DNA of 64,000 nucleotides from Candidatus Melainabacteria bacterium 17Bon1m. Lineage in GTDB: Bacteria; Cyanobacteriota; Vampirovibrionia; Obscuribacterales; Obscuribacteraceae. Location of the stretch: contig JAVLKG010000001.1 in NCBI GenBank assembly GCA_032128875.1, positions 480,001 to 544,000 on the forward strand. Direction: 5' to 3'. The notes under the pieces are model-generated. The model did no database searches, was not told the DNA's origin, and was given only the letters and a program-made list of their open reading frames with translations. Shown piece by piece: positions 9,362-19,361 of the stretch. Numbering within the stretch: the first letter of the stretch is position 1; each line of letters starts with the position of its first letter. The position numbers were made by a program, and so were the translations under genes.

Positions 9362-10096
9362 TCAATCGAGCTTCATCAGTCCGTTTCGCACAAGTTGTTT
9401 TGCTCCTTCTCTGTAGCTGAGCGGAGACAGCGTGTTGCGATTCGTTTTCAGAAATTTGATCACCGAATCTGGTGCCTTATAACTATATTCGCGCAATGCC
9501 CAACCAATTGCTTTGCGAATGAAGAATTCCTTTTCGTGCGCTCGCCGCAAGCAAAAATCGTAGAGCAGCTTTTCATCAGTCTTTTCTTTGTGCTTATTCA
9601 TGCTGAGGATGGCCGTGCGACGTATCCACATATCGTCGTCATCAATCCACTCTTTCATGATCGGCTTCACGGTTTTTGGGTCGTTTAAAAATGCAACACC
9701 AATGAGCAATGTTGCCAGCGGATCAACAAGATCCCACCATGCTCCCTCGCGCACCAGTTCTTCATATAATGGAATCATGGATGTGTGGATAAACTTCTTG
9801 CACCGCACTGCGTAATCTAGTGCCGCGTACTTTTCTTCTCTATGTTTTCCATTCCAGATTTTGCGAATTACTTGTGAGTATTCATAGTGATCGGCGGGTG
9901 CAAATTCTTTCGCTAGTTTTCGATAGATAGGCTCCCTATCAGGCTTTTGAATTCCCCAGAACGGCATATCGGTCTTCATGTACGCGGCCATTTCTACGGC
10001 CTTGTCGGCGTCTGCCAATTCTGAAAATTCAGAGACGAGGAACTTATGTGCATCGACTGCAATCTTGCTTGGCGAACTCTTGGATTTGAGTGGCAT
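9362..10096 (-). CDS. DNA alkylation repair protein (AlkD-like HEAT-repeat glycosylase)
   Basis: MAAYMK, WWDLVD, WIRRTAIL, EFFIRKAIGWALREY motifs. Confidence 0.9.
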   Translation of the reverse strand: MPLKSKSSPSKIAVDAHKFLVSEFSELADADKAVEMAAYMKTDMPFWGIQKPDREPIYRKLAKEFAPADHYEYSQVIRKIWNGKHREEKYAALDYAVRCKKFIHTSMIPLYEELVREGAWWDLVDPLATLLIGVAFLNDPKTVKPIMKEWIDDDDMWIRRTAILSMNKHKEKTDEKLLYDFCLRRAHEKEFFIRKAIGWALREYSYKAPDSVIKFLKTNRNTLSPLSYREGAKQLVRNGLMKLD

Positions 10097-10158
10097 ATAA
10101 ATCTCCCAGCGAAGTTTAAAGTCTACACGTAAGGACTGCACCTGTGTACAATTTCTAT

Positions 10159-10992
10159 ATGCGTTTTTGGAATATCACCTTACTAGCCTGTGTTCTGTTT
10201 TCCAGCTTTGTCCCATTGGCTGAAGGGGCAAACGCGGACAAACGTGAAATCGCAGCGCAAAGTGGTGCGCCTCTACAAGCGAATGTTACGCACAATAGTG
10301 CTGTCGCTGCTGCAGATGCGATCGCTCCTTTGATGAGATTTCGAGTCCGTTTGACGTCGGTAATTGATGGAGCATTGGCGAAAGTCGGTGATCCTGTGCA
10401 TGGCGAATTACTTGATACAGTGATGCTCCCCAACAACCACTACATTGGTGCAGGGGCTCATGTGCTCGGAGAAGTAACTGCGATTGATCTTTTAAAGACT
10501 TCGCTCAGAGCCGATTTAACTCCCAAGCATTGGCGCAACTGCAACGGAACAATCGGCATCAAAGTGAAGAGTATCGGGGGGCACGATTTAGCAGGGAATA
10601 TTATTCCAGCTCCCAAAACTCGCATAGTTCGAACCGACAAGAAGGCTGCGCCGCTCGGCGTCGACGGCAAGGGCGAGATTACAGTCGTCTACAGCAGTGC
10701 CGGTTACACCGCCGCTAATGTGGCGATATCGGGCGGTTGTCTCGCTGCTGGTCCCGCCGGAATAATCGTCGGACCAATTGTTGGTGGCGTTGCTGGGGCT
10801 GCAGATCCAACTTTTGCGTATGGTCGCCCAGTCACCGGTGATGATCATCATGCTCATGTGAAAGGGTTTTTTAAAGGCGTAATTGGCGGCTTGCCAGGCG
10901 GTTTTCTCATTTCCGGCCTCACCAATCGCGGTATCAATATTTCGCTCACCCCTGGCGACGTTATTGTGTTTCAAGAACACAAAACTGAGTAA
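10159..10992 (+). CDS. Secreted hypothetical protein with a TrbI/VirB10-like beta domain
   Basis: Signal peptide; RVRLTSVID..AKVGDPV.GEL...GAHVLGEV pattern; Gly-rich C-terminal part. Confidence 0.55.
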   Translation: MRFWNITLLACVLFSSFVPLAEGANADKREIAAQSGAPLQANVTHNSAVAAADAIAPLMRFRVRLTSVIDGALAKVGDPVHGELLDTVMLPNNHYIGAGAHVLGEVTAIDLLKTSLRADLTPKHWRNCNGTIGIKVKSIGGHDLAGNIIPAPKTRIVRTDKKAAPLGVDGKGEITVVYSSAGYTAANVAISGGCLAAGPAGIIVGPIVGGVAGAADPTFAYGRPVTGDDHHAHVKGFFKGVIGGLPGGFLISGLTNRGINISLTPGDVIVFQEHKTE

Positions 10993-11066
10993 GTGGAATT
11001 CCTGAATAGCGCAGAATGGTAAATTCTGCCAATTACTGAATTTCTGGAATTACCGAATTCTGCTAC

Positions 11067-11489
11067 TTACTGAATTGGACCGGTCTTCCGTTTCCGTTTG
11101 ACGTCGACGATCAACGTAATAAAGGACGCTATTGTGAGTCCTGATCCAAATGCGAAGAAGAGCACGGGAAGGAAGTAGAGGTTTAGCCAACTGTTGATTG
11201 TCCAGTTCTTTGGATCGCCCTTGTCGTAGAGAATTGGGACAGTGTCGCCGGTTTTGAATTCCGGTGGCGACGAACCAACTTTGCCTCTTCCCTCTATTGC
11301 TTCTCCGTTGTCCGGCCGAAATCGGACAATGGGATAGGACGCGCCCTTGCCACTGGCTTCTAGCCTGAGTACAGTACCAGATGTGGTGCCACCTTCTTTC
11401 AACAATCTCTGAGATTGGAAATAGAACGTTACGGCGACGGCATAGAAGACTATTGATAGCGAGCTGAGAAGCAAAATTACCTTGAACAT
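11067..11489 (-). CDS. DUF3592-type membrane protein
   Basis: Two TM helices flanking GTV...YPIVRF...GDTVPILYD..P. Confidence 0.75.
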   Translation of the reverse strand: MFKVILLLSSLSIVFYAVAVTFYFQSQRLLKEGGTTSGTVLRLEASGKGASYPIVRFRPDNGEAIEGRGKVGSSPPEFKTGDTVPILYDKGDPKNWTINSWLNLYFLPVLFFAFGSGLTIASFITLIVDVKRKRKTGPIQ

Positions 11490-11686
11490 GATTCACACCA
11501 CTTTGTCGGAATCATCAGGTTTCCCTCATCGGTTCGATCAAGAAACGCCTTGATCAATTTGTGCTGCTGATTTCATAGCTGTTTTCACATATGTAGGTAC
11601 ATTGTTGGAATCGCCAGCTGCGGTCAAGTCGACCGGTCGTCAAAAATGTAATTTCTGTAATCTCCTGTTACAGTCCCCACATTCTA

Positions 11687-11715
11687 TTGACAGCTCGGAC
11701 CCTAGACTGTAACGT
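11687..11715 (+). promoter_or_regulatory. Sigma70-type promoter of the arg leader/operon
   Basis: TTGACA (11687-92), 17-bp spacer, TAACGT (11710-15). Confidence 0.7.
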
Positions 11716-11750
11716 GGACAAAGGTTTTGTTTTTTCCAGGGCAACCAGAA

Positions 11751-11831
11751 ATGACCTTTGCGAATTACACCAGCAACAACCGACGTACGCGCCGCGTTCT
11801 ATTGAACTCGGGGCCGGCTGGGCTGCGTTGA
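11751..11831 (+). CDS. Arg-rich leader peptide MTFANYTSNNRRTRRVLLNSGPAGLR
   Basis: 26 codons, with CGA CGT ACG CGC CGC at 11781-95; lies between the promoter and a terminator upstream of argF. Confidence 0.8.
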   Translation: MTFANYTSNNRRTRRVLLNSGPAGLR

Positions 11832-11895
11832 TCTAGGTCACCAGAAACCACACCTTTAGCTCCCGAGTTCTTCTAGGACTCGGGAGTTTTCTTTT
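11792..11895 (+). promoter_or_regulatory. Transcription attenuator (alternative 1:2, 2:3 and 3:4 helices)
   Basis: Terminator CTCCCGAGTTCT/AGGACTCGGGAG + TTTTCTTTT (11860-95). GAACTCGGGG (11804-13) is complementary to the terminator 5' arm. CCGCGTTC/GAACTCGG forms a protector hairpin. Confidence 0.8.
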
Positions 11896-12001
11896 GTCCG
11901 TAGCCGGGTGACATCGGCAATACAAGCCAGAGTGAGCAGTTCAAGGCGAACAAGCAGCTCATCAACTGAGTAAAAAGCTCAGATATAGAGAGGGAAAGAC
12001 C

Positions 12002-13042
12002 ATGGTATTCACAATGTACAAAAAGCCGCCGACCACGCCTGTGGGCTTCAAGTCCCAGCGCATGTCTCCGCCGCAGCATGGTCGTTCGCCGCTCAACAAG
12101 GTTCTTGTAGAAGACACGCTGAGAGGCAAAGACTTCCTGGGCATCGGCTATTTCACCGCCGCTGAATTGAAGCTGTTTTTGGAAACGGCCGAACTGCTTA
12201 AAGCAAACAAGTTTGACGACACCCAAACCCTCTTCGCCAAAGGGCAGACTCTTGCGCTTTGCTTCGAAAAACCATCGCTAAGGACGAAAGTCACTTTCGA
12301 AGCCGGCATGATCCAGCTTGGCGGCAGTTCAATCTTCCTCGAAGACAAGCTTGGTGTCAGGGAATCCGTGCCGGATATCGCCAGAAACCTGGACAGGTGG
12401 TTGGACGGAATTATGGCGCGGGTGTTTGAACACAACACGCTTATCGTGCTTGCCGATTACGCTCAAGTCCCTGTAATCAACGGGCTTAGCGACCTCGAGC
12501 ACCCCTGCCAGGCACTGGCGGATTTTCTGACTATTAAGGAACAAAAAGCTATTAAAGATTGGAACTTCAAAGGAATCAACCTTGCATACGTAGGAGACGG
12601 CAATAATGTGGCTAATTCACTCATGCTTCTCGCCGCCAAGCTTGGCTGCAATTTCTCAATCGCGTGCCCGTCCGGCTATAAGCCCGACGCCACCCTTTGG
12701 GAAATGGCGATGGAAGAGGCGAAGCACACCGGTGCGCAATTAAAAATGACAGAGTCCCCCGCCGAAGCTGTTGCTAACGCGGATGCGGTCTACACCGACA
12801 CTTGGGTGTCGATGGGGCAAGAAGAGGAGATGGCGGAGAGAATCAAAATCTTCGAAAGCTATCAAGTCAACGAAGCTCTGTTGAAGTTTGCAAAACCGGA
12901 TGCCATCGTCATGCACTGTTTGCCCGCGCACCGGGGGCAGGAAATCACAGATGCCGTGATGGATGGACCACAATCAGTAGTTTTTGAACAAGCGGAGAAT
13001 AGACTCCACGTTCAAAAAGCAGTCATCTCACTAATCATGTAA
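12002..13042 (+). CDS. argF: Ornithine carbamoyltransferase
   Basis: FEKPSLRT, HPCQ, GDGNN, WVSMGQE, HCLPAHRG, QAENRLH. Confidence 0.95.
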   Translation: MVFTMYKKPPTTPVGFKSQRMSPPQHGRSPLNKVLVEDTLRGKDFLGIGYFTAAELKLFLETAELLKANKFDDTQTLFAKGQTLALCFEKPSLRTKVTFEAGMIQLGGSSIFLEDKLGVRESVPDIARNLDRWLDGIMARVFEHNTLIVLADYAQVPVINGLSDLEHPCQALADFLTIKEQKAIKDWNFKGINLAYVGDGNNVANSLMLLAAKLGCNFSIACPSGYKPDATLWEMAMEEAKHTGAQLKMTESPAEAVANADAVYTDTWVSMGQEEEMAERIKIFESYQVNEALLKFAKPDAIVMHCLPAHRGQEITDAVMDGPQSVVFEQAENRLHVQKAVISLIM

Positions 13043-13121
13043 TGCGGCAAAAACGCTGCGGTTGAAGGCTTTCTGCATCACCGACAGCGCAACGCAGCAT
13101 TCAAATCAAGGAGCAAATCAA

Positions 13122-14342
13122 ATGAAGAAAATTCTCTTGGCATACAGCGGCGGACTCGACACTTCCTGCATTCTCACCTGGCTGAAGGAGCAGTACAAGG
13201 TGCCTATCGTGGCTTATTGTGCCGATGTCGGACAGAAAGAAGATTTCGAAGCGGTCAAAGTCAAAGCGATCAAAACCGGCGCTGAGAAGTGCATTATTGA
13301 AGATTTGAACGAGACTTTCGTCAAGGATTACATCTTCAAAGCAATTAAAGCCAATGCGCTGTACGAGTCCTTCTACCTGATGGGAACCTCCATCGCTCGT
13401 CCGTGCATTGCGCAAGGCATGATTACTGCAGCTCTGAAAGAAGGCTGCGACACCATTGCTCACGGCGCTACCGGCAAGGGCAACGATCAGGTGCGTTTCG
13501 AACTGGCTGCTAAATCTCTGGCGCCTCATTTGAATGTGATCGCCCCATGGAGAATGTGGAAATTCGACGGCAGGAACGACCTCTTCGATTACGCGGAGAA
13601 GCACGGCATTCCTTTGCCGGTGACCAAAGAGAAGCCATACTCCATGGACGCCAACCTCATGCATATTAGCTATGAAGGCGGCATTCTGGAAGATCCGTGG
13701 GCGGAAGCTCCGGAGAACATCTATCTGTGGACTAAGAACCCGGAAGATGCTCCCAATAAGCCTGAATTCGTCACTATCGACTTTGATGCCGGCGTTCCTG
13801 TTGCAATCAATGGAGAGAAACTCGGCCCAGTAGAGCTACTCAACAAGGCAAATGCAATCGCAGCCGAACATGGCGTGGGAAGGCTCGATATGGTCGAAAA
13901 TCGCTACATCGGCATTAAGTCGAGAGGCGTTTACGAAACACCTGGCGTGACCATCTTGATGCAAGCGCACAAGGCAATCGAATCTCTTGTGCTCGACAAA
14001 GAAGTTATGCACCTCAAAGATTCGTTCACTCAGAAGCTATCGACCCAAATCTACAACGGTTACTGGTTTGCACCAGAAACCCAAATCCTCTGGAAGATGG
14101 TCGAAGAAACCCAACAACCCGTTACCGGTACCGCCAAGATTAAGCTCTACAAGGGCAATTCGATTGTAGTGGCACGGAAGTCTCCGGCGTCGTTGTACGA
14201 CCTCAAGGTTTCCAGCTTCGAGAATATGTCTGAGTTCCAATCGGCGGACGCAGGCGGATTTATCAATATCGCAGGACTGAGACTAAAAACCTGGAGCAAG
14301 AAAAATGCAAGTTTTGAGAAAAGCCTTCAAGCAACCCCTTAG
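13122..14342 (+). CDS. argG: Argininosuccinate synthase
   Basis: LAYSGGLDTS, HGATGKGNDQVRF, SRGVYETPG; AAGGAG RBS before ATG 13122. Confidence 0.97.
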   Translation: MKKILLAYSGGLDTSCILTWLKEQYKVPIVAYCADVGQKEDFEAVKVKAIKTGAEKCIIEDLNETFVKDYIFKAIKANALYESFYLMGTSIARPCIAQGMITAALKEGCDTIAHGATGKGNDQVRFELAAKSLAPHLNVIAPWRMWKFDGRNDLFDYAEKHGIPLPVTKEKPYSMDANLMHISYEGGILEDPWAEAPENIYLWTKNPEDAPNKPEFVTIDFDAGVPVAINGEKLGPVELLNKANAIAAEHGVGRLDMVENRYIGIKSRGVYETPGVTILMQAHKAIESLVLDKEVMHLKDSFTQKLSTQIYNGYWFAPETQILWKMVEETQQPVTGTAKIKLYKGNSIVVARKSPASLYDLKVSSFENMSEFQSADAGGFINIAGLRLKTWSKKNASFEKSLQATP

Positions 14343-15651
14343 TGACGTAGTCACTGAATTCGTTGCCTGCACGCACGCCGATGCGCATCTCGTCAAAGCA
14401 GATTTGACGGGCAGCAAAGCGCATGCTCAAATGCTCGCCGAAGAGGGGCTCATCAGCCCCTCTCAGGGTGAGGCAATTCAAGGCGGTTTGGACACTCTGT
14501 TGGCGAAAGCCGAAGAAGGGAAGTTCGAACTAAAAGTTGAGTATGAAGACGTTCACATGAATGTTGAGAAACAGCTTGAAGAGCTGATCGGTTCAGATGC
14601 TTTGAGGTTGCATACGGCGAGAAGCAGAAACGACCAGGTCGCGCTTGATTTGCGACTCTACACTGTCGGTGCGATTGATTCGCTTGTCGATGGTTTGAAG
14701 TTCCTTCAGGCTGCGATTTTGAAATCAGCGAAGAAGCATGCGGATGTCGTTATGCCGGGCTATACTCATTTGCAGCGTGCGCAGCCAGTTTTATACGCCC
14801 ATGCAGTTCTTGCTTTTCACGAAATGTTTTCGAGAGATATCGAACGTTTCACCGATTGCAAAAAACGCACTGCCGTTTCGCCACTCGGTGCCGGTGCGCA
14901 AGCTGGTTCTGGATTATCAATCAATCCACAATCGGTAGCAGCCAAATTGGGCTTTGAAAAGGTTTTCACAAACTCAATCGACGCTGTGAGCGACAGAGAT
15001 TTTGCAGCTGAGTTTTTGATGGCGTGTAGTTTGACTGCCGTGCACATTTCTCAGATGGCAGAAACATTGGTCATCTGGAGCAGCTCTGAGTTTGGATTTG
15101 TTGAACTGGCAGACAATGTGACGACCACTTCCAGCTTGATGCCTCACAAGAAAAACCCCGATCCACTGGAAATCGCTCGTGCAAAATCTGGTGCTGTAGT
15201 CGGCGACCTGGTTAACTTGCTCATCACGCTGAAGGCGTTGCCGCTTGGCTACAACAGAGACTTGCAAGAGACAAAGCCTCCTGTAATCAACTCTGCCGGC
15301 ATTGTCGGCGAAGCGCTGAAAGTGATGGCGTGCTGTGTAGACGCAGTTACGGTCAACGTTGAGAAAACGTTAGCCGCCGCTTCCGACCCCGCGTTGATGA
15401 CCACCGATCTTGTTGAGTATCTTGTGAACAAAGGCGTCCCCTTCCGTAAGGCGCACGAAACAATCGCTGAGATTGTGGCTGACGCATCGGAGAAAGGCAT
15501 GGCACTTCCTAAGATGGAATTGAGCGAGTATCAGAAGTATGCGGCGGAGTTCCACAACGACCTCTACGCACTCTTCGATCCAAAGCTCTCCGTCTCAGCC
15601 AAAAAATCCCACGGCTCGACCGGAAATGAGCAAGTAAAAAAGAATTTGTGA
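14305..15651 (+). CDS. argH: Argininosuccinate lyase
   Basis: EDVHM, LHTARSRNDQ, MPGYTHLQRAQP, SSLMPHKKNPD, YNRDLQE; overlaps argG by 38 nt. Confidence 0.95.
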   Translation: MQVLRKAFKQPLSDVVTEFVACTHADAHLVKADLTGSKAHAQMLAEEGLISPSQGEAIQGGLDTLLAKAEEGKFELKVEYEDVHMNVEKQLEELIGSDALRLHTARSRNDQVALDLRLYTVGAIDSLVDGLKFLQAAILKSAKKHADVVMPGYTHLQRAQPVLYAHAVLAFHEMFSRDIERFTDCKKRTAVSPLGAGAQAGSGLSINPQSVAAKLGFEKVFTNSIDAVSDRDFAAEFLMACSLTAVHISQMAETLVIWSSSEFGFVELADNVTTTSSLMPHKKNPDPLEIARAKSGAVVGDLVNLLITLKALPLGYNRDLQETKPPVINSAGIVGEALKVMACCVDAVTVNVEKTLAAASDPALMTTDLVEYLVNKGVPFRKAHETIAEIVADASEKGMALPKMELSEYQKYAAEFHNDLYALFDPKLSVSAKKSHGSTGNEQVKKNL

Positions 15652-15791
15652 TGGCTCATCGTTCCAAGGGATGGTCAAATTACTTTTCTTGGAGCGATTC
15701 CGATAGAGAAGTTATCGTAAGACTGATGTCGGCAACTAACAGTAATGATAAAAAAGGAACATTGCTCTTGCTTTAGTCTTTAGGAAAACGC

Positions 15792-16553
15792 GTGCAGTTT
15801 ATCGATAGTATTCCCATATGGTTTGTCTTCTGCGCCTTTGTCGTGAATGCGTTTTGTTGGATTGAGTGCGGATTTCGTTTTGGGCAGTATCGTAAGAGCA
15901 AGGCGGCGCATGAGCCAGAATCCGCAGTTGCCGCAATGATTGCATCTACGCTCGCTTTGCTGGCGTTTGTACTTGGCTTTACATTCAACATTGCAACCAG
16001 TCGGTTTGAAGAGCGAAGAATATTGGTTGTGTCGGAGGCTAACGCGGTCGGTACTGCATATCTCCGAGCTGACTGTTTAGATGAACCAAGCAGCTCTCGC
16101 ATAAAGGCTCTCTTACGTAAATATGTCGAGATCCGTATTGACCTAGACTCGCGTTCGGTACCCAACATCATTTCAACTTCTGAACAGCTGCAGCGCGAAC
16201 TGTGGAAGGAAGCTACCATCATCGCGAAAAGACATTCAGACTCTCCTGTTTGTGCCCTTTTCATAAGTGCCCTCAATGAAGTGATTGATATTCACTCAAG
16301 ACGCGTTACTGCGGGTCTTTATGCTCGCGTGCCGATAGTAGTTTGGTTGTGTTTATTTTTGGTTTCAAGCTTAGCGATGACTGGGCTAGGATTTTTGTGC
16401 GGAATTTTAGGGCATCGTAGTTATTTCGCAACAAGTACTCTGGTTGCAGCATTCGGCGCTGTGATGATTTTGGTGGCAGATTTAGATCGCCCCCTGCAAG
16501 GTGTAATTCGCACGCCGCAACAAGCTTTGACCGAATTGTACAAAAAGCTCTAA
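15792..16553 (+). CDS. DUF4239/bestrophin-like membrane protein
   Basis: LLAFVLGFTF...RF..RR..V..EANAVGTAYLRA and DLDRP motifs. Confidence 0.75.
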   Translation: MQFIDSIPIWFVFCAFVVNAFCWIECGFRFGQYRKSKAAHEPESAVAAMIASTLALLAFVLGFTFNIATSRFEERRILVVSEANAVGTAYLRADCLDEPSSSRIKALLRKYVEIRIDLDSRSVPNIISTSEQLQRELWKEATIIAKRHSDSPVCALFISALNEVIDIHSRRVTAGLYARVPIVVWLCLFLVSSLAMTGLGFLCGILGHRSYFATSTLVAAFGAVMILVADLDRPLQGVIRTPQQALTELYKKL

Positions 16554-16584
16554 TGCTCCTTAATATCGATTGCGCGTTCTTTGC

Positions 16585-18309
16585 CTACGCAATTAGTTGA
16601 ATGGGCAGAGTGTATTTACGCTCGATTAGTCGTCTTATGGCAGCTCTGCTTTCATCGGCGGATAGTTTTTCGTTCTGCTCTATTTTGACTGTGTCATCAG
16701 CAAGGTTCTCGTCGCCGATCACACTGCGAAACCATCGAGAATAATCGTTGCGCCGCAAATGAAACAGCCATGTATCGCTGTCCACTCCCTCTCCGACTTG
16801 CATGAACATAAAGAGGTTTTGGCACTTTATTTTCAGCTGTCCAAAAGCGCCAGTGTAATAGAAACTCCTTTGCGCGCCGAGATTTCCATCGGCGTATTTA
16901 CGCAAATGTCTATGTTGATCTAATGGTGAAGAAATAACTTTTGCTTTTATTGGTGGGCCAAATTCATGTCTAAACCATGCGCAAACTTCTCCCCAGCCGA
17001 CGGGCCCAAACGTGATCTCCGGCGCGCTCTGCTCAACAAGACTTGCGAAGGCTCCCAGTGTATACGCCGTTTGGTTTCCTACTGCCAAAACTAGGTCGGT
17101 GCTGGAAAGAACGGTTTTCGAAATTTCCTTTGGATCTACTGTTATCGTAATAATAGAGCCGGGTTCGTTCCAAATTGGCTCGAATGTATGGTCCCAGTAT
17201 GGGTGCAGCATATGGTGCGCTTCATCGATAACCAGCCAATGTGGGCGCCCAACAGCTCTGCGAAAATTTTGGACTGCGGCGAAAGTTCGAGCCAAAAATC
17301 CTGCTCTTTCGTGCAATGGAACGCCTAAAAGATTTACGACAGCGTTATCGTTTGGATTGGCCAGGACTCTCATTATGTCGCTGACTTCTGGTATATAGTG
17401 CTGATTGCCAACACTAACAGCGCGAGGAGCCATCTCGTATTCGCCTTCCGGGTCGATAATACAGTATTGATATCCGGCCTCTGCAAACTGTTTTAAGATG
17501 GACATCGAGACCGTAGACTTGCCGCTCTGTGAAGGTCCGGCAATTAGAACTCTGAAGTCATAATTTGGTAATGTCACTGCATCTCCATTTGTGGCGGTTC
17601 CAATAGTCAATCTATGATGTTTTAGGTGTCCTGAGTAGTCGGCTAGATCATTCGCCAGAATTTTATCGATAAGCTCTATCACACCGTGACCGTGATCTTG
17701 TTTCATCGAAACATCCGCAAATTCCTTGACCGATGCGAGTGCATTTGCCACAGCTGCAGAGCACTCGCAAATGGACATCATGGAAAGATCATTCTCAGCG
17801 TCGCCGACGCAAACGGAATTGTGTGCGGAGAGTTTCATCTCCTGCAGTGCAGCTTGCAAACCCGTTCCCTTGTTAATACCTGCAGGTAGGACCATTACTG
17901 CACCTTTATTGAAAGATATGTGCAAATCCAAGCCCAATTCTTGAATGGTTTCTAGAACGCATGTTTCATGAGGGTGCCATGTGGAAACGATTACGCGCCC
18001 AACTTCCAGAGTCAGCCCTTTGACCTTCAGCCTGTCCACGAAGATTTGTGGAGGCGACTCAACAAGCTTACGTGCGATTTTTGTACTTGGCTCGTACAAT
18101 AGTGCGCCATTTTCGCAGACAACAAAATCGAATAAATCAATATGCTGATATGCATTAAAAAGGTCTTCCAACAACCGACCAGTGACAAGTATTATGCTTC
18201 GCCCAGACGCTCTAAGGCGAATTAGTGCTTGTGTAACAGAATCCGGCACGTGACCATCTGTCGCCAACGTCCCGTCAAAATCACATGCTAAGCATGCATA
18301 GCGCACCAA
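16585..18309 (-). CDS. HAD-IIB phosphatase fused to a P-loop (HerA-like) ATPase
   Basis: DFDGTL, VTGR, NKG, GDAEND; then GPSQSGKS, IIDPEGEY, VIDEAH. Confidence 0.85.
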   Translation of the reverse strand: MVRYACLACDFDGTLATDGHVPDSVTQALIRLRASGRSIILVTGRLLEDLFNAYQHIDLFDFVVCENGALLYEPSTKIARKLVESPPQIFVDRLKVKGLTLEVGRVIVSTWHPHETCVLETIQELGLDLHISFNKGAVMVLPAGINKGTGLQAALQEMKLSAHNSVCVGDAENDLSMMSICECSAAVANALASVKEFADVSMKQDHGHGVIELIDKILANDLADYSGHLKHHRLTIGTATNGDAVTLPNYDFRVLIAGPSQSGKSTVSMSILKQFAEAGYQYCIIDPEGEYEMAPRAVSVGNQHYIPEVSDIMRVLANPNDNAVVNLLGVPLHERAGFLARTFAAVQNFRRAVGRPHWLVIDEAHHMLHPYWDHTFEPIWNEPGSIITITVDPKEISKTVLSSTDLVLAVGNQTAYTLGAFASLVEQSAPEITFGPVGWGEVCAWFRHEFGPPIKAKVISSPLDQHRHLRKYADGNLGAQRSFYYTGAFGQLKIKCQNLFMFMQVGEGVDSDTWLFHLRRNDYSRWFRSVIGDENLADDTVKIEQNEKLSADESRAAIRRLIERKYTLPIQLIA

Positions 18310-18565
18310 TCAATTTCCTTCAATCTGTGATTAATACGCAGAATAACTAACTTGTAGTCGATCGGTATCATCCAATTGGACTTTCAGCAAACTAATACTT
18401 TCGACTGATGGATGACTGCTTTTTCTTCTCGGAGTTGAGAATGCTGAATAAGCAGTAACGGTCAAATTTTCGAGCAAACCTCTTTCAAAGTTGTATTATC
18501 CAGACGAAGATTGAGAGCAAACTCCACCGAGATTTAACTCCCTTGTGCGACCGCGTGGGAATTTG

Positions 18566-19339
18566 CTAGAGAATTCCGTGATGACTCGAATTCTTCAAGT
18601 TTTCCATTTTTTCGATTTGTGCCGCATTGAGTATTGTGGAAGGTTGCTCGAGATCTTTGAAAATATTGATTGCTTCCTCCACGTGAGGGTGATCAAGTCC
18701 CCTCGTAATACTCACTAGCTGAATTGCTTGTGGGTACAGCTCCGCAGCTTCTTCATATCTGCCCTGCTCAGCCAAGAAGAGTACTTTGACCAGCAGCACA
18801 TCTCCGTAGATCATGGAGTTTTTGCCAAGTTGATTACTGCAGGTTATGAAATCAATTGCTTGGTTCAGATAGTGCTCCGTTTGGGCTGCATGACCGGACT
18901 GCTCAGAAAGTACAGCCAGATGTTTCAAGAGCTTTGCTTTTAATTCGTCCGGTGCATCTGCGCCTGCTCTTTTGGCTAATTCCATTGCCTTCAGCGCGTA
19001 GTTTAGTGATTCGGAGTCTCTGCCGCTTCTCCAGCAAAGTAGGCATAATTGGTGATAGTCCTCTGCACATCCTGCTAATGCATCTGGATTTGCTTCATCA
19101 ATCTTTAGAGCTTCCAAGATGAGAGGCTCTGCCTCAGCATATCTCCCCAGGGCTGCAAGCGATTTGGCCAGACCAGTCTGACTGCGCGCTTTCAATGTGT
19201 CAGCAAGTCCACTGGATTCGACCAGATCGAGAGCAAGTCTGAAATGTCTTATTGCTTGTGCGTAATAGCCCGCTCCATACGCCATTCTTCCAACCGCCAT
19301 TCTTGTTTGCCAACGCAGAAGGCCTTCATTCTCGTTCAT
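18566..19339 (-). CDS. Tetratricopeptide-repeat protein
   Basis: Repeated GRYAEAEPL/GRYEEAAELY and G.DHP motifs. Confidence 0.8.
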   Translation of the reverse strand: MNENEGLLRWQTRMAVGRMAYGAGYYAQAIRHFRLALDLVESSGLADTLKARSQTGLAKSLAALGRYAEAEPLILEALKIDEANPDALAGCAEDYHQLCLLCWRSGRDSESLNYALKAMELAKRAGADAPDELKAKLLKHLAVLSEQSGHAAQTEHYLNQAIDFITCSNQLGKNSMIYGDVLLVKVLFLAEQGRYEEAAELYPQAIQLVSITRGLDHPHVEEAINIFKDLEQPSTILNAAQIEKMENLKNSSHHGIL

Positions 19340-19361
19340 TTGGTTAGTCCTCGAGTGAGCA

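Noticed and set aside
11751-11990. T-box or riboswitch explanation for the arg leader
   Set aside because: No T-box sequence or long stem I seen; the uORF plus alternative helices explains the region better
14305-14342. argG/argH 38-nt overlap as a frameshift
   Set aside because: Both proteins appear complete; this is ordinary translational coupling
16585-18309. HAD-ATPase fusion as a novel defence system
   Set aside because: To my knowledge this fusion is widespread, and no nuclease or other defence partner is adjacent
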